From Chlamydiota bacterium (GTDB lineage Bacteria > Auribacterota > Tritonobacteria > UBA1439), in assembly GCA_037133055.1 (NCBI GenBank), contig JBAXOY010000085.1, forward strand, positions 1 to 13,884: DNA of 13,884 nucleotides. The letters run 5' to 3'. Both the position numbers and the translations under genes were made by a program. This document shows positions 1 through 6,916 of the stretch, piece by piece (positions within the stretch are counted from its first letter, which is position 1; each line of letters starts with the position of its first letter). The notes beneath the pieces were generated by a model. That model was given only the letters and a program-made list of their open reading frames with translations, did not search any database and was not told the DNA's origin.

Positions 1-2
1 GG

Positions 3-1157
3 GTCGCCCACGTCGGGCCGCCGCCCTCGTCAAAGAGGACAACCTTCCCTCCGGCCAACACGGACAAGATCGCCGAGTACATCGCCGAGTGCGCCCGGAT
101 GGAAATCAAGATACTCCCGCCCGACGTCAACGAAAGCTTCGCGCGGTTTACCGTCGTGGGCGACGCGATCCGCTTCGGCCTCGCCGCGGTGAAGAACGTC
201 GGCGGCGGGGCGGTGGACTCGATCATCGCCGCCCGGCAGAAGGGCGGAAGGTTCACGAGCATCTACGACTTCGGCTGCCGCGTGGATTCGCGGCTCGTCA
301 ACAAGAAGGTCTTCGAGAGCCTCGTCTGCGGCGGCGCCTTCGACAGCCTCGGCTTCAGGCGCGCCCAGCTCATGGCCTGCGTCGAGAGGGTCATCGACCG
401 GGCCGCGGAGGCCCAGCGCGACCGGAGGCACGGCCAGGGGTCGTTCTTCGATGTCCTGGAAAACAACGGCGGCGGGAGCGCGTCCGGCGAGGCGATGCCC
501 GACATCCCGGAGTGGCCCGAGAACCAGCTCCTCGCGCAGGAGAAGGCGCTCCTCGGATTCTACGTGAGCGGCCACCCGCTCGCCCGTTTCGGGGGGGAGA
601 TCAGGAAGTTCGCCACCGCGAGCACCGCGACCCTCGCGGGTTTGAAAGATGGGACGACGGTGAAGCTCGGCGGCATCATCGCGAAGGTCCGGATCACCTA
701 CACGCACAAGAAGAACGAGAAGATGGCGGTGGCGGTGCTCGAGGACCTCGAGGGGACGGTGGAGGTCCTGCTCTATCCGCGGGTCTACGAGAAGGCGGCC
801 CCCCACATCGTGGAGGAGACTGCGCTCCTCGTCACCGGGCGGGTGGAGATCGAGGGGGAAAATCCGAAGGTCATCGCCTCCGAGGTCATGCCGCTCAAGG
901 AGGCGCAGCAGCGGTGCACCGCCGCGATGTACGTGACGGTCTACCTGTCCGATATCGAGCACGGGAAGCTGGACGGGCTGAAGAAGCTTCTTGAGTCGTC
1001 CCCCGGCCAGTGCCCCGTCTTCCTCGATTTCGCCTCCCCGACGGGGGAGCGGGTGCTCATGAAAGCGGGGAAGCAGTTCCGGGTTGCCCCCTCGCCCGAG
1101 CTGGTGCAGAGCGTCGAGGTGATGCTGGGCGAGTCGAGCGTGAGGCTCACTGCATGA
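3..1157 (+). CDS. dnaE: DNA polymerase III subunit alpha, 3' part (5'-partial)
   Basis: Frame is open from position 3. DnaE motifs: NTDKIAEYIAEC..M.I.ILPPDVNES, IRFGLAAVKNVG, GAFDS, QGSFF clamp-binding-like motif, EKALLGFYVSGHPL, an OB-fold segment (KMAVAVLEDLEGTVEV) and the C-terminal domain. The first ~18 codons do not look like DnaE. Confidence 0.96.
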   Translation, partial: VAHVGPPPSSKRTTFPPANTDKIAEYIAECARMEIKILPPDVNESFARFTVVGDAIRFGLAAVKNVGGGAVDSIIAARQKGGRFTSIYDFGCRVDSRLVNKKVFESLVCGGAFDSLGFRRAQLMACVERVIDRAAEAQRDRRHGQGSFFDVLENNGGGSASGEAMPDIPEWPENQLLAQEKALLGFYVSGHPLARFGGEIRKFATASTATLAGLKDGTTVKLGGIIAKVRITYTHKKNEKMAVAVLEDLEGTVEVLLYPRVYEKAAPHIVEETALLVTGRVEIEGENPKVIASEVMPLKEAQQRCTAAMYVTVYLSDIEHGKLDGLKKLLESSPGQCPVFLDFASPTGERVLMKAGKQFRVAPSPELVQSVEVMLGESSVRLTA

Positions 1158-1245
1158 AGACGGGAGCCGGGGAACCGGGGAGCCGGGGAAACATGGAAGC
1201 TTATACGTCCCCCCTTCCCCGGTTCTCCCCCTCCCCGGCTCTTCT
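1158..1245. repeat. Imperfect inverted repeat with 8-bp periodic arms (RCCGGGGA x3 / TCCCCGGY x2)
   Basis: GCCGGGGA, ACCGGGGA and GCCGGGGA at 1166-1189; TCCCCGGT at 1216-1223 and TCCCCGGC at 1231-1238. Lies between dnaE and plsC. Confidence 0.75.
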
Positions 1246-1267
1246 TTCTCCTGAGTGGGGGTGACGC

Positions 1268-1912
1268 GTGGCACTGAGCCAGGGGTTTTACGATCGCGCC
1301 TACACGGTCTTCTGGAAGATCTACCGGGGCCTCTTCAAGGCGCTCTTCCGCTGGCAGATCACGGGGCTCGAGCATGTCCCCCGTAAGGGCGGGGCCATCC
1401 TCGCGGTAAACCACTCGAGCCTGCTCGACCCGCCGCTCGGCGGCGTCGGCCTCCCGCGCAAGATCTGGTTCCTCGGGCGATCGAGCCTCATCAAAAACAG
1501 GTTCGTGGGCTTTATCATGAAATGCCAGCATATGATCCCGATCACGCGCGGGGAGGCGGACCTCGGGGCGATGAAGAGGATCATCGCCCTCATCAAATCG
1601 GGGGAGATCGTCCTGATGTTTCCCGAGGGGACCCGGAGCGCGGACGGCTCGCTCGGCCCAGGGAAGGAGGGGATCGGGGTGTTCGTCACCCACGCGAAGG
1701 CGGACGTGATCCCGTGCTATATTTCCGGGGCGGGGCGCGCCATGCCCAAGGGGGCGGTGCTCCCGAGGCCGCGGAAGATCCTGATCGCCTACGGGCCGCT
1801 GATCCGGCATGAGGAGTTCAAGGACTGCCCGAAGGGCAGGGCGGGGTTCAGGATGATCAGCGAGAAGATCATGGGGCGCATCGCCGAACTGAAGAAGCAG
1901 TTGGAAGGATAA
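1268..1912 (+). CDS. plsC: 1-acyl-sn-glycerol-3-phosphate (lysophospholipid) acyltransferase
   Basis: NHSSLLDP (HX4D) motif, FPEGTRS motif and VIPCYI segment; GTG start; 214 aa. Confidence 0.92.
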   Translation: MALSQGFYDRAYTVFWKIYRGLFKALFRWQITGLEHVPRKGGAILAVNHSSLLDPPLGGVGLPRKIWFLGRSSLIKNRFVGFIMKCQHMIPITRGEADLGAMKRIIALIKSGEIVLMFPEGTRSADGSLGPGKEGIGVFVTHAKADVIPCYISGAGRAMPKGAVLPRPRKILIAYGPLIRHEEFKDCPKGRAGFRMISEKIMGRIAELKKQLEG

Positions 1913-1914
1913 GG

Positions 1915-2054
1915 AAAGACTTTGGACGCGGATCGCCGCGGATGAACGCGGATTACGGCTTGAACAACTGTTTGTCACCACGGAGAACACGGAGGACACG
2001 GAGAAAAGACTTGGATGCGGATCGCCGCGGATAAACGCGGATTACGGCTTGAAC
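1915..2054 (+). repeat. Two ~50-bp direct repeats (10-bp periodic CGCGGAT) separated by 3x 9-bp CACGGAG(A/G)A
   Basis: Copy 1 (1915-1965) and copy 2 (2005-2054) differ at 3 positions. The 9-mers lie at 1979-2005. Confidence 0.9.
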
Positions 2055-2072
2055 CGCTTGAACAAAAGTTTC

Positions 2073-4256
2073 TCACCCCAGTTGTTTCAGTATGTTCGCG
2101 GCGATCTGAGGCCCGATCGCCGGCACCGTAGCGAGTTTCTTCTCGGACGCCTTCCGCACCATCTCCAGGGTCTTGTATCCCTCCCGGAACAGGTTGCGCG
2201 CGCGCACCCGCCCGATTCCCTTGAGGCTCACGAGCTCGAGCAGCTCATCCCTGATTCCGTACAGGACGCGCTGCCGAAGATCCCGGAGCGCCGGCTGGAC
2301 CCCGGCGATCTGGAGGACCGAGGCGAGCCGGCCCGCGGAATAGATCAGCCAGTCGGCGCTGTCGACGAATCTCCGCACGTCGCCCGGGCCGACCCCGTAA
2401 CGCTCGCAGATATTCTCTTCCCGCTCCTCAGAGATCCATTCCCCCAGCATGTTCGCGGTGCGCATCGACTTCAGGAACCGCTCGTGCTCCGCCTGGCCCC
2501 CCTCCCGCGGGGGCGGGATGAGGAACTTGCTCCCCTCGACGTACGCCTCCTCCTCGAGCTCCGCGTACGCCGCCTTGGTCAGGCCGAGGAGCGGCATGTC
2601 GGGGCAGCAGCAGGCGAGGTGGAGCAGCGCCTCGGTGGAGGGGGAACCGGCGGCGGAGAGCCCGCGTTTCAGCATGAGCCCCGAGCGCGGGTCGAGATAG
2701 AGCCGCGAGACGACCGAACCGAAGCCGGTGGCGTGCAATTCTTCGGCGGGCAAGAGCCGGAACCCCGGGGTGCCGCATCCCCGGCACAGTATCAGCCCCT
2801 CCTCGAGGAGGAAGCCGAGGATCCGCTCCGCCTCTATCGAGAGCGTCCGGACGTCCTCCTGCATCGCGAAGAAGGTGAGCGCGAGGAAATCCATGATTCC
2901 GGACATGGAGGTCGCGTAGCCCGCGGCGATCGAGGCGAGTATGTGGGAGGGGAGCGCGCCGCCCTCCCCGAGGCGGGACCGGAGCGGCTCGGTGGCGGCG
3001 CGGATGTAGTGCTCGAAAAGCATGTCCCGGTCGCCCTCCTTCTTGGCGATAAGGATCGCCTCTCCCTCCTTGTCGTAGCCGGGGCGCCCGGCCCTCCCCG
3101 CGAACTGCTTGTACTCGAAGACCGGGATCGGGCGCTGGCCGACCCCCGCCTCGTACCGCCCCCAGTCCCGGATCACGACCCTCCGGGCGGGGAGGTTCAC
3201 GCCCGCGGCGAGCGTCGGGGTCGCGCAGATCGCCTTGATGAGGCCGCCGCGGAACGCCCCCTCGACGAGGTGCCGCTGCTCCGGGTGCAGGCCCGCGTGG
3301 TGGAACGCGATCCCGCACCGGATCGTCTCCGCGAGCTCGCCGCAGAGGCGGGTCGGCTCCTGAAGCACGGTCCCGGCGGAATGGGCGATGTCCTTCAGCG
3401 CCGCGCGCGCCTTCGGGGAGAGCCGCCCCTTCAGGTGCGGGGCGAGCGCCCGCGCCGCCGCCTGCGTGGAGCGCCGCGAGTTGACGAAGACGAGCGCCTG
3501 TCCCCCCGCGTCCACGGTGTCGGTGACGAGCGACTGGGCCGGGTTAGCCTTCGCGGCGACGAGCGAGCGGGTGGTGTAGTCCGCGTAGTAGATGGTGTCC
3601 CCCGCGTAGACCCCCTCGAGGAGCGGGACGGGCCGCCAGTCGCTCGAGACGAGCGCCGCGTCGAGCCACGAGGCGAGCTCGCGGGCGTTCCGGACGGTGG
3701 CGCTCAGGGCGAGGATCTGGAGCTTCGGGTTCACCTGTCGCAGGCGGGCGATGACGAACTCGAGCGTGGGCCCGCGGCCGGGATCGTGGATGTAGTGGAC
3801 CTCGTCCATCACGGCCACCGTGAGCGATTCGCCGAGCCATGGCGCGCGCATGCGCAGCAGCGAATCCACCTTCTCCGAGGTGGCGACGAGAATCTGATAT
3901 TTCGAGAGGCGCGCGCCGGGGGAGTCGTATTCGCCGGTCGCCACGCCGACCGAGATCCCGAGCGGCGAGTATTTCTTCTTGAACTCCTCGTACTTCTCGG
4001 CGGCGAGCGCGCGCAGGGGGACGACGTAGAGGCATCGCCCGCCCTGTTCGAGGATGCTTTTCACCATGCATATTTCGGCGACGAGCGTTTTCCCCGCGGC
4101 GGTAGGCACCGCCATGAGTAGATTTATTCCTTCGAGGACGCCCGACCGGATCGCCTCGGCCTGGGGCGGATAGAGGGATGTATAGCCCGCGGTGAGGAGG
4201 CTCTCCACGAGGGGGCGCGGCACTTTGTGCGTGGACTCAAGTTCTGCGATCTTCAT
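2073..4256 (-). CDS. hel308: Hel308/Hjm (Ski2-like) superfamily 2 DNA helicase, archaeal type
   Basis: LYPPQ Q-motif, PTAAGKT, PLRALA, TSEK.DSLLR, DEVH, RGPTLE, LSAT, WRPVPL, FHHAGL, TPTLAAGVNLPA, QFAGRAGRP, C-terminal GIGRVRAR and HhH motifs. Start moved to ATG 4256 (MKIAEL..., 727 aa), which resembles archaeal Hel308 N-termini. Confidence 0.92.
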   Translation of the reverse strand: MKIAELESTHKVPRPLVESLLTAGYTSLYPPQAEAIRSGVLEGINLLMAVPTAAGKTLVAEICMVKSILEQGGRCLYVVPLRALAAEKYEEFKKKYSPLGISVGVATGEYDSPGARLSKYQILVATSEKVDSLLRMRAPWLGESLTVAVMDEVHYIHDPGRGPTLEFVIARLRQVNPKLQILALSATVRNARELASWLDAALVSSDWRPVPLLEGVYAGDTIYYADYTTRSLVAAKANPAQSLVTDTVDAGGQALVFVNSRRSTQAAARALAPHLKGRLSPKARAALKDIAHSAGTVLQEPTRLCGELAETIRCGIAFHHAGLHPEQRHLVEGAFRGGLIKAICATPTLAAGVNLPARRVVIRDWGRYEAGVGQRPIPVFEYKQFAGRAGRPGYDKEGEAILIAKKEGDRDMLFEHYIRAATEPLRSRLGEGGALPSHILASIAAGYATSMSGIMDFLALTFFAMQEDVRTLSIEAERILGFLLEEGLILCRGCGTPGFRLLPAEELHATGFGSVVSRLYLDPRSGLMLKRGLSAAGSPSTEALLHLACCCPDMPLLGLTKAAYAELEEEAYVEGSKFLIPPPREGGQAEHERFLKSMRTANMLGEWISEEREENICERYGVGPGDVRRFVDSADWLIYSAGRLASVLQIAGVQPALRDLRQRVLYGIRDELLELVSLKGIGRVRARNLFREGYKTLEMVRKASEKKLATVPAIGPQIAANILKQLG

Positions 4257-4635
4257 GTGCGGTATGCCTATGTCGCGCGGGCGTCCCGGGCGGAGTCGTC
4301 GGTCGATAGGATGCGCCATGCTATCACATGCCGCCGGATTTTGGGGTTTGGGATTTGTCCCGCGGGGGAGGACCCGCGCCGTTTCACGCTCCCGACCCCC
4401 CGTGAAAGAGGGCACGCGTACGCGCGCTCTTCGCCCGTGGATATCCTCCGACCTCGTGGAGAATGCTCCGTTACGGCGCGGCGCGGTGCCACCAAATAGC
4501 GCAGTGGGGGCGCATTTTAAAGACGTGCGCGGAGTGGAAAAATTCATGGCCCGGATCATAGCTCCTAATCCCATCGCAATGAATATGATAAGACTTCGAA
4601 TCAGGCGGGTGCAAATCTTCCGATGCACTTCCATC

Positions 4636-4651
4636 TGGCATGATGTATGCT
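4636..4651 (+). promoter_or_regulatory. Putative sigma54 (-24/-12) promoter
   Basis: TGGCATGATGTATGCT has GG-N10-GC spacing and lies ~110 bp upstream of the GTG at 4759. Confidence 0.55.
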
Positions 4652-4758
4652 TATTACCTAACTATTCAGGGATGTGTACGGGTGAGTTTGCGTATAACGG
4701 CTGAACACACATACCTGCGGGGGGAGCTCAAGCCCCCTCATCCAAAGGAGGGAACACC

Positions 4759-5115
4759 GTGAAGAGGATTGCCGTGGCGGTTCTGGCGGTCGCGGTCCTC
4801 GCGATGGCGGTATCGGGCGCGTGGGCCGGGGACAAGGTCAAGGTTAAGAGCGAGTATTACACCCCGTACGGGAAGGTCAAGGTGAAGGAGTACTATTACC
4901 CCGGTGCGTATCCGTATTACGGGTATCAGCCCGCGTATAATCCCTACTATTATAATCCGGGGTACAACGCCCCGCCTCCCGCCTATTACCCGCCCAATTG
5001 CCCGTACAACCAGGTTCCGTACTACAACCAGTCCCCGTACGGGAATCAGGCCCCGTACGGGAACCAGGCCCCGTACGGGTACGGAGTGCCCTACAAGGTC
5101 AAGATAGACGACTGA
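4759..5115 (+). CDS. Secreted Pro/Tyr-rich low-complexity hypothetical protein
   Basis: RBS AAGGAGG and GTG start. Signal peptide MKRIAVAVLAVAVLAMAVSGAWA, repeated KVKVK.EYY.P units and NQxPY(Y/G) repeats. Confidence 0.85.
   Translation: MKRIAVAVLAVAVLAMAVSGAWAGDKVKVKSEYYTPYGKVKVKEYYYPGAYPYYGYQPAYNPYYYNPGYNAPPPAYYPPNCPYNQVPYYNQSPYGNQAPYGNQAPYGYGVPYKVKIDD
5008..5079 (+). repeat. 4 x 18-bp in-frame tandem repeat (NQVPYY NQSPYG NQAPYG NQAPYG)
   Basis: Units start at 5008, 5026, 5044 and 5062. Confidence 0.85.
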
Positions 5116-5141
5116 ATGGCGCCGTGTCTGAGAGGTGCTGT

Positions 5142-5169
5142 CGCAGGGGGGGCCTAATGCCCCCCTGCG
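5142..5169. terminator. Hairpin between convergent genes (putative terminator)
   Basis: 10-bp stem CGCAGGGGGG/CCCCCCTGCG with an 8-nt loop; no U-tract. Confidence 0.55.
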
Positions 5170-5173
5170 CATC

Positions 5174-5680
5174 TCAGGTCAGGCGGCTGAACACGAGAAT
5201 GAAGTCCGCGAGCCCGCGGATGTCCCCGGGGGAGAAACAGGGAACGCGGAATCCCGATCCCTTCCCGCCAACCGCGGCGATGACATCGCGGGCGCGCGGC
5301 GCGCGCGAGGCGGGGCGCGTGACGATCACCTTCGGGAGTCCGGCGCCCTTCCACCCCTCGACGAGGACGATGTTCGCGCCGGGGAAAAATGCCGCCGCAG
5401 CGCGCCCGGGTGAAAAACCGCGCGGGGCGTCCGCGACGAGACCGATCGAGCGGGGCGAGACGAGAAGCACCGTCCCGGCGCCCGCCTTCCTGAAGCGGTC
5501 GCTGTCCTTCCCCTCGATGTCGAGCGTGAAGTCGCGGCGGCTGTGCTTGACCGCGCCCACGCGCAGTCCCCGTCGGGAGAGTTCGGCGATGAGTTTCACC
5601 AGGAGGGCGGTCTTGCCCGAGCCCGATGCCCCGATGAAGGAGATCATCGCAGGGCCCTCGGCGCGGCGCTTATCCTTCAT
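5174..5680 (-). CDS. mobB: Molybdopterin-guanine dinucleotide biosynthesis protein B
   Basis: ISFIGASGSGKT P-loop, VGAVKH, D.EGKDS.RF..AGA and VLVEGWK. Confidence 0.9.
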   Translation of the reverse strand: MKDKRRAEGPAMISFIGASGSGKTALLVKLIAELSRRGLRVGAVKHSRRDFTLDIEGKDSDRFRKAGAGTVLLVSPRSIGLVADAPRGFSPGRAAAAFFPGANIVLVEGWKGAGLPKVIVTRPASRAPRARDVIAAVGGKGSGFRVPCFSPGDIRGLADFILVFSRLT

Positions 5681-5684
5681 AGAG

Positions 5685-5868
5685 GTAACTACTCAGGTAG
5701 TCAGAAGCCAGGAGCCAGAATCCAGAATGGGTCGCGGATACGCTTCCCGCAGCGTACTGAATCCAGCCCGGAATCATCGCCATACCCCAAGTTCGCAACT
5801 ATCGCCGACGGCGTCCTCACTACAACTCCTGGCTTCTGACTTCTGAATTCTGGCTCCTGAGTAGTTAC
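5685..5868. mobile_element. 184-bp non-autonomous MITE with IS66-like GTAA ends and 8-bp target-site duplication
   Basis: Perfect 13-bp TIR GTAACTACTCAGG (5685-5697) / CCTGAGTAGTTAC (5856-5868). TCATAGAG is directly repeated at 5677-5684 and 5869-5876. Internal 16-bp IR at 5699-5714 / 5826-5841. Confidence 0.85.
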
Positions 5869-6254
5869 TCATAGAGCTCACCGGAAGGATCCCTGGAGCA
5901 GCCGCCCGCTCCGCCTTCATCCCCGATATCTTCGGGGCTCTCCCCCGACTCCATGCGGTCGACCATCTCGTTCAGGTCCCCGGGCATATCCTCGCCCAGC
6001 TCGCCGCCCATCTTTTTCATCCAGCGCGCGATGGACTTAGGGTCGTTCTCGTCGATCCCGGAGAGCGCCGACGGGTCGGCGAGTTTCTCGATGCGGGATT
6101 CGTCGCTCCGTCCGACCCGGAACGCCGAGATGGCGCGCGCCATCCCCGCCTTCCCGCACTTCGGGCATTTCGGCGCCCTGTGGGAGGCGGTGTTCCGCAC
6201 CAGGAAACTGAAAATCTTCCTGCAGCGCGCGCAGGCGTACTCGTATATCGGCAT
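5865..6254 (-). CDS. FmdB-family zinc-ribbon protein
   Basis: MPIYEYAC..C...F...V.......P.CP.CG start, typical of the FmdB/CxxC_CxxC_SSSS family, followed by DENDPKSIARWMKKMG and an acidic tail. Start reassigned to ATG 6254 (129 aa). Confidence 0.9.
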   Translation of the reverse strand: MPIYEYACARCRKIFSFLVRNTASHRAPKCPKCGKAGMARAISAFRVGRSDESRIEKLADPSALSGIDENDPKSIARWMKKMGGELGEDMPGDLNEMVDRMESGESPEDIGDEGGAGGCSRDPSGELYE

Positions 6255-6260
6255 ATACGA

Positions 6261-6269
6261 AGTGTAGCA
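6261..6269 (-). promoter_or_regulatory. Extended -10 element, probable leaderless promoter of the zinc-ribbon gene
   Basis: TG-C-TACACT ends 6 nt before ATG 6254, and there is no SD sequence in between. Confidence 0.5.
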
Positions 6270-6394
6270 CATCGGCCGGGGCTCATCCATCCCGGCGGCC
6301 CCGGCGCCCGGCGCACTATCCCACACCCGACGGCCCGGCACCCGGCACAAATTCCCGGGTAAGGGGACACTCTTTGGGGGTGCAACTCCTGTTT

Positions 6395-6444
6395 TGTCAT
6401 CCCGGCCCATGCTTTCGCAGGGGTAAACTGTAGCCGGGATCCAG
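6395..6444 (+). repeat. REP-like palindrome (GTCAT...GGATCCA type) with enlarged loop
   Basis: TGTCATCCCGGC-N26-GCCGGGATCCAG. Confidence 0.6.
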
Positions 6445-6783
6445 CTTTGAAGTAGCCCGCAGATGAACGCAGATCGTCAGGATAGACAGGATACAAAAGG
6501 GGGACACAAGCGGCGGGATACCCACATCGGACGCGGATTTCGCAGATGAACGCAGATAAAGAAACCGCACATGATCTTCAAGAATGAATGAAACGCGGAG
6601 CTTTCTTCACGTTCCCCTTTTCCCCTTGAACCTTCATCCCTGAACCGTTGTGGTATCTGCGTGCTCTGCGTTCATCTGCGTCCCGAATGCCGTTTCCCTT
6701 TATGCCTTCACGCCATGGTCTTATCCGCGTCCATCCTGACGATCTGCGTTCATCTGCGTCCTGACGTTGAAGCGTGTAACGCC

Positions 6784-6809
6784 GGATTCCCGCTTTCGCG
6801 GGAATGACA
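6784..6809 (-). repeat. REP-like palindrome TGTCATTCCCGCGAAAGCGGGAATCC
   Basis: ATTCCCGC-TTTC-GCGGGAAT stem with a GTCA end; oriented opposite to the 6395 element. Confidence 0.75.
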
Positions 6810-6884
6810 TCCGGAAGAAGGTGCCCTCCATAAGTGTCCCTGTACATTCCCGGCACAATTTCACTGCTCCCGGCCGGGCACGGA

Positions 6885-6893
6885 TGGTATACT
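6885..6893 (+). promoter_or_regulatory. Extended -10 element (TG-G-TATACT) upstream of the methyltransferase
   Basis: TGGTATACT lies 23 nt before the proposed GTG at 6917, with GAGAGGG in between. Confidence 0.5.
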
Positions 6894-6916
6894 GCTTCCA
6901 CGAGAGGGCGGGACCC

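Larger units (their letters stand above)
6341..6862. repeat. Nested multi-layer inverted repeat bracketed by 14-bp direct repeats
   Basis: DR CCCGGCACAAWTTC at 6341-6354 and 6849-6862. Imperfect IR 6364-6400 / 6804-6840, perfect 26-bp IR 6458-6483 / 6733-6758, imperfect IR 6527-6558 / 6654-6686. Confidence 0.85.

Noticed and set aside
57..100. Intein or split-intein junction in dnaE (N-T dipeptide, AEY)
   Set aside because: NTDK and IAEYIAEC fit native DnaE sequence. There is no intein HN terminus, and this is not the AEY/CFNKSH site.
30..1999. Long alternative ORFs 30..1274(-), 89..994(+) and 941..1999(-)
   Set aside because: They overlap dnaE and plsC and are typical high-GC shadow frames.
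1915..2054. CRISPR array
   Set aside because: Only two units, the spacer is itself a tandem repeat, and there are no cas genes in the window.
2049..4121. 690-aa plus-strand ORF
   Set aside because: Antisense shadow of the GC-rich helicase gene, with no recognisable motifs.
4257..4634. 126-aa N-terminal extension of the helicase given in the ORF track
   Set aside because: Not Hel308-like and runs through the divergent promoter region; similarity begins at MKIAEL.
6578..6901. 107-aa minus-strand ORF and the 6767-6916 extension of the methyltransferase
   Set aside because: Translations of repeat DNA (VIPAKAGI, DADERR twice), not credible proteins.
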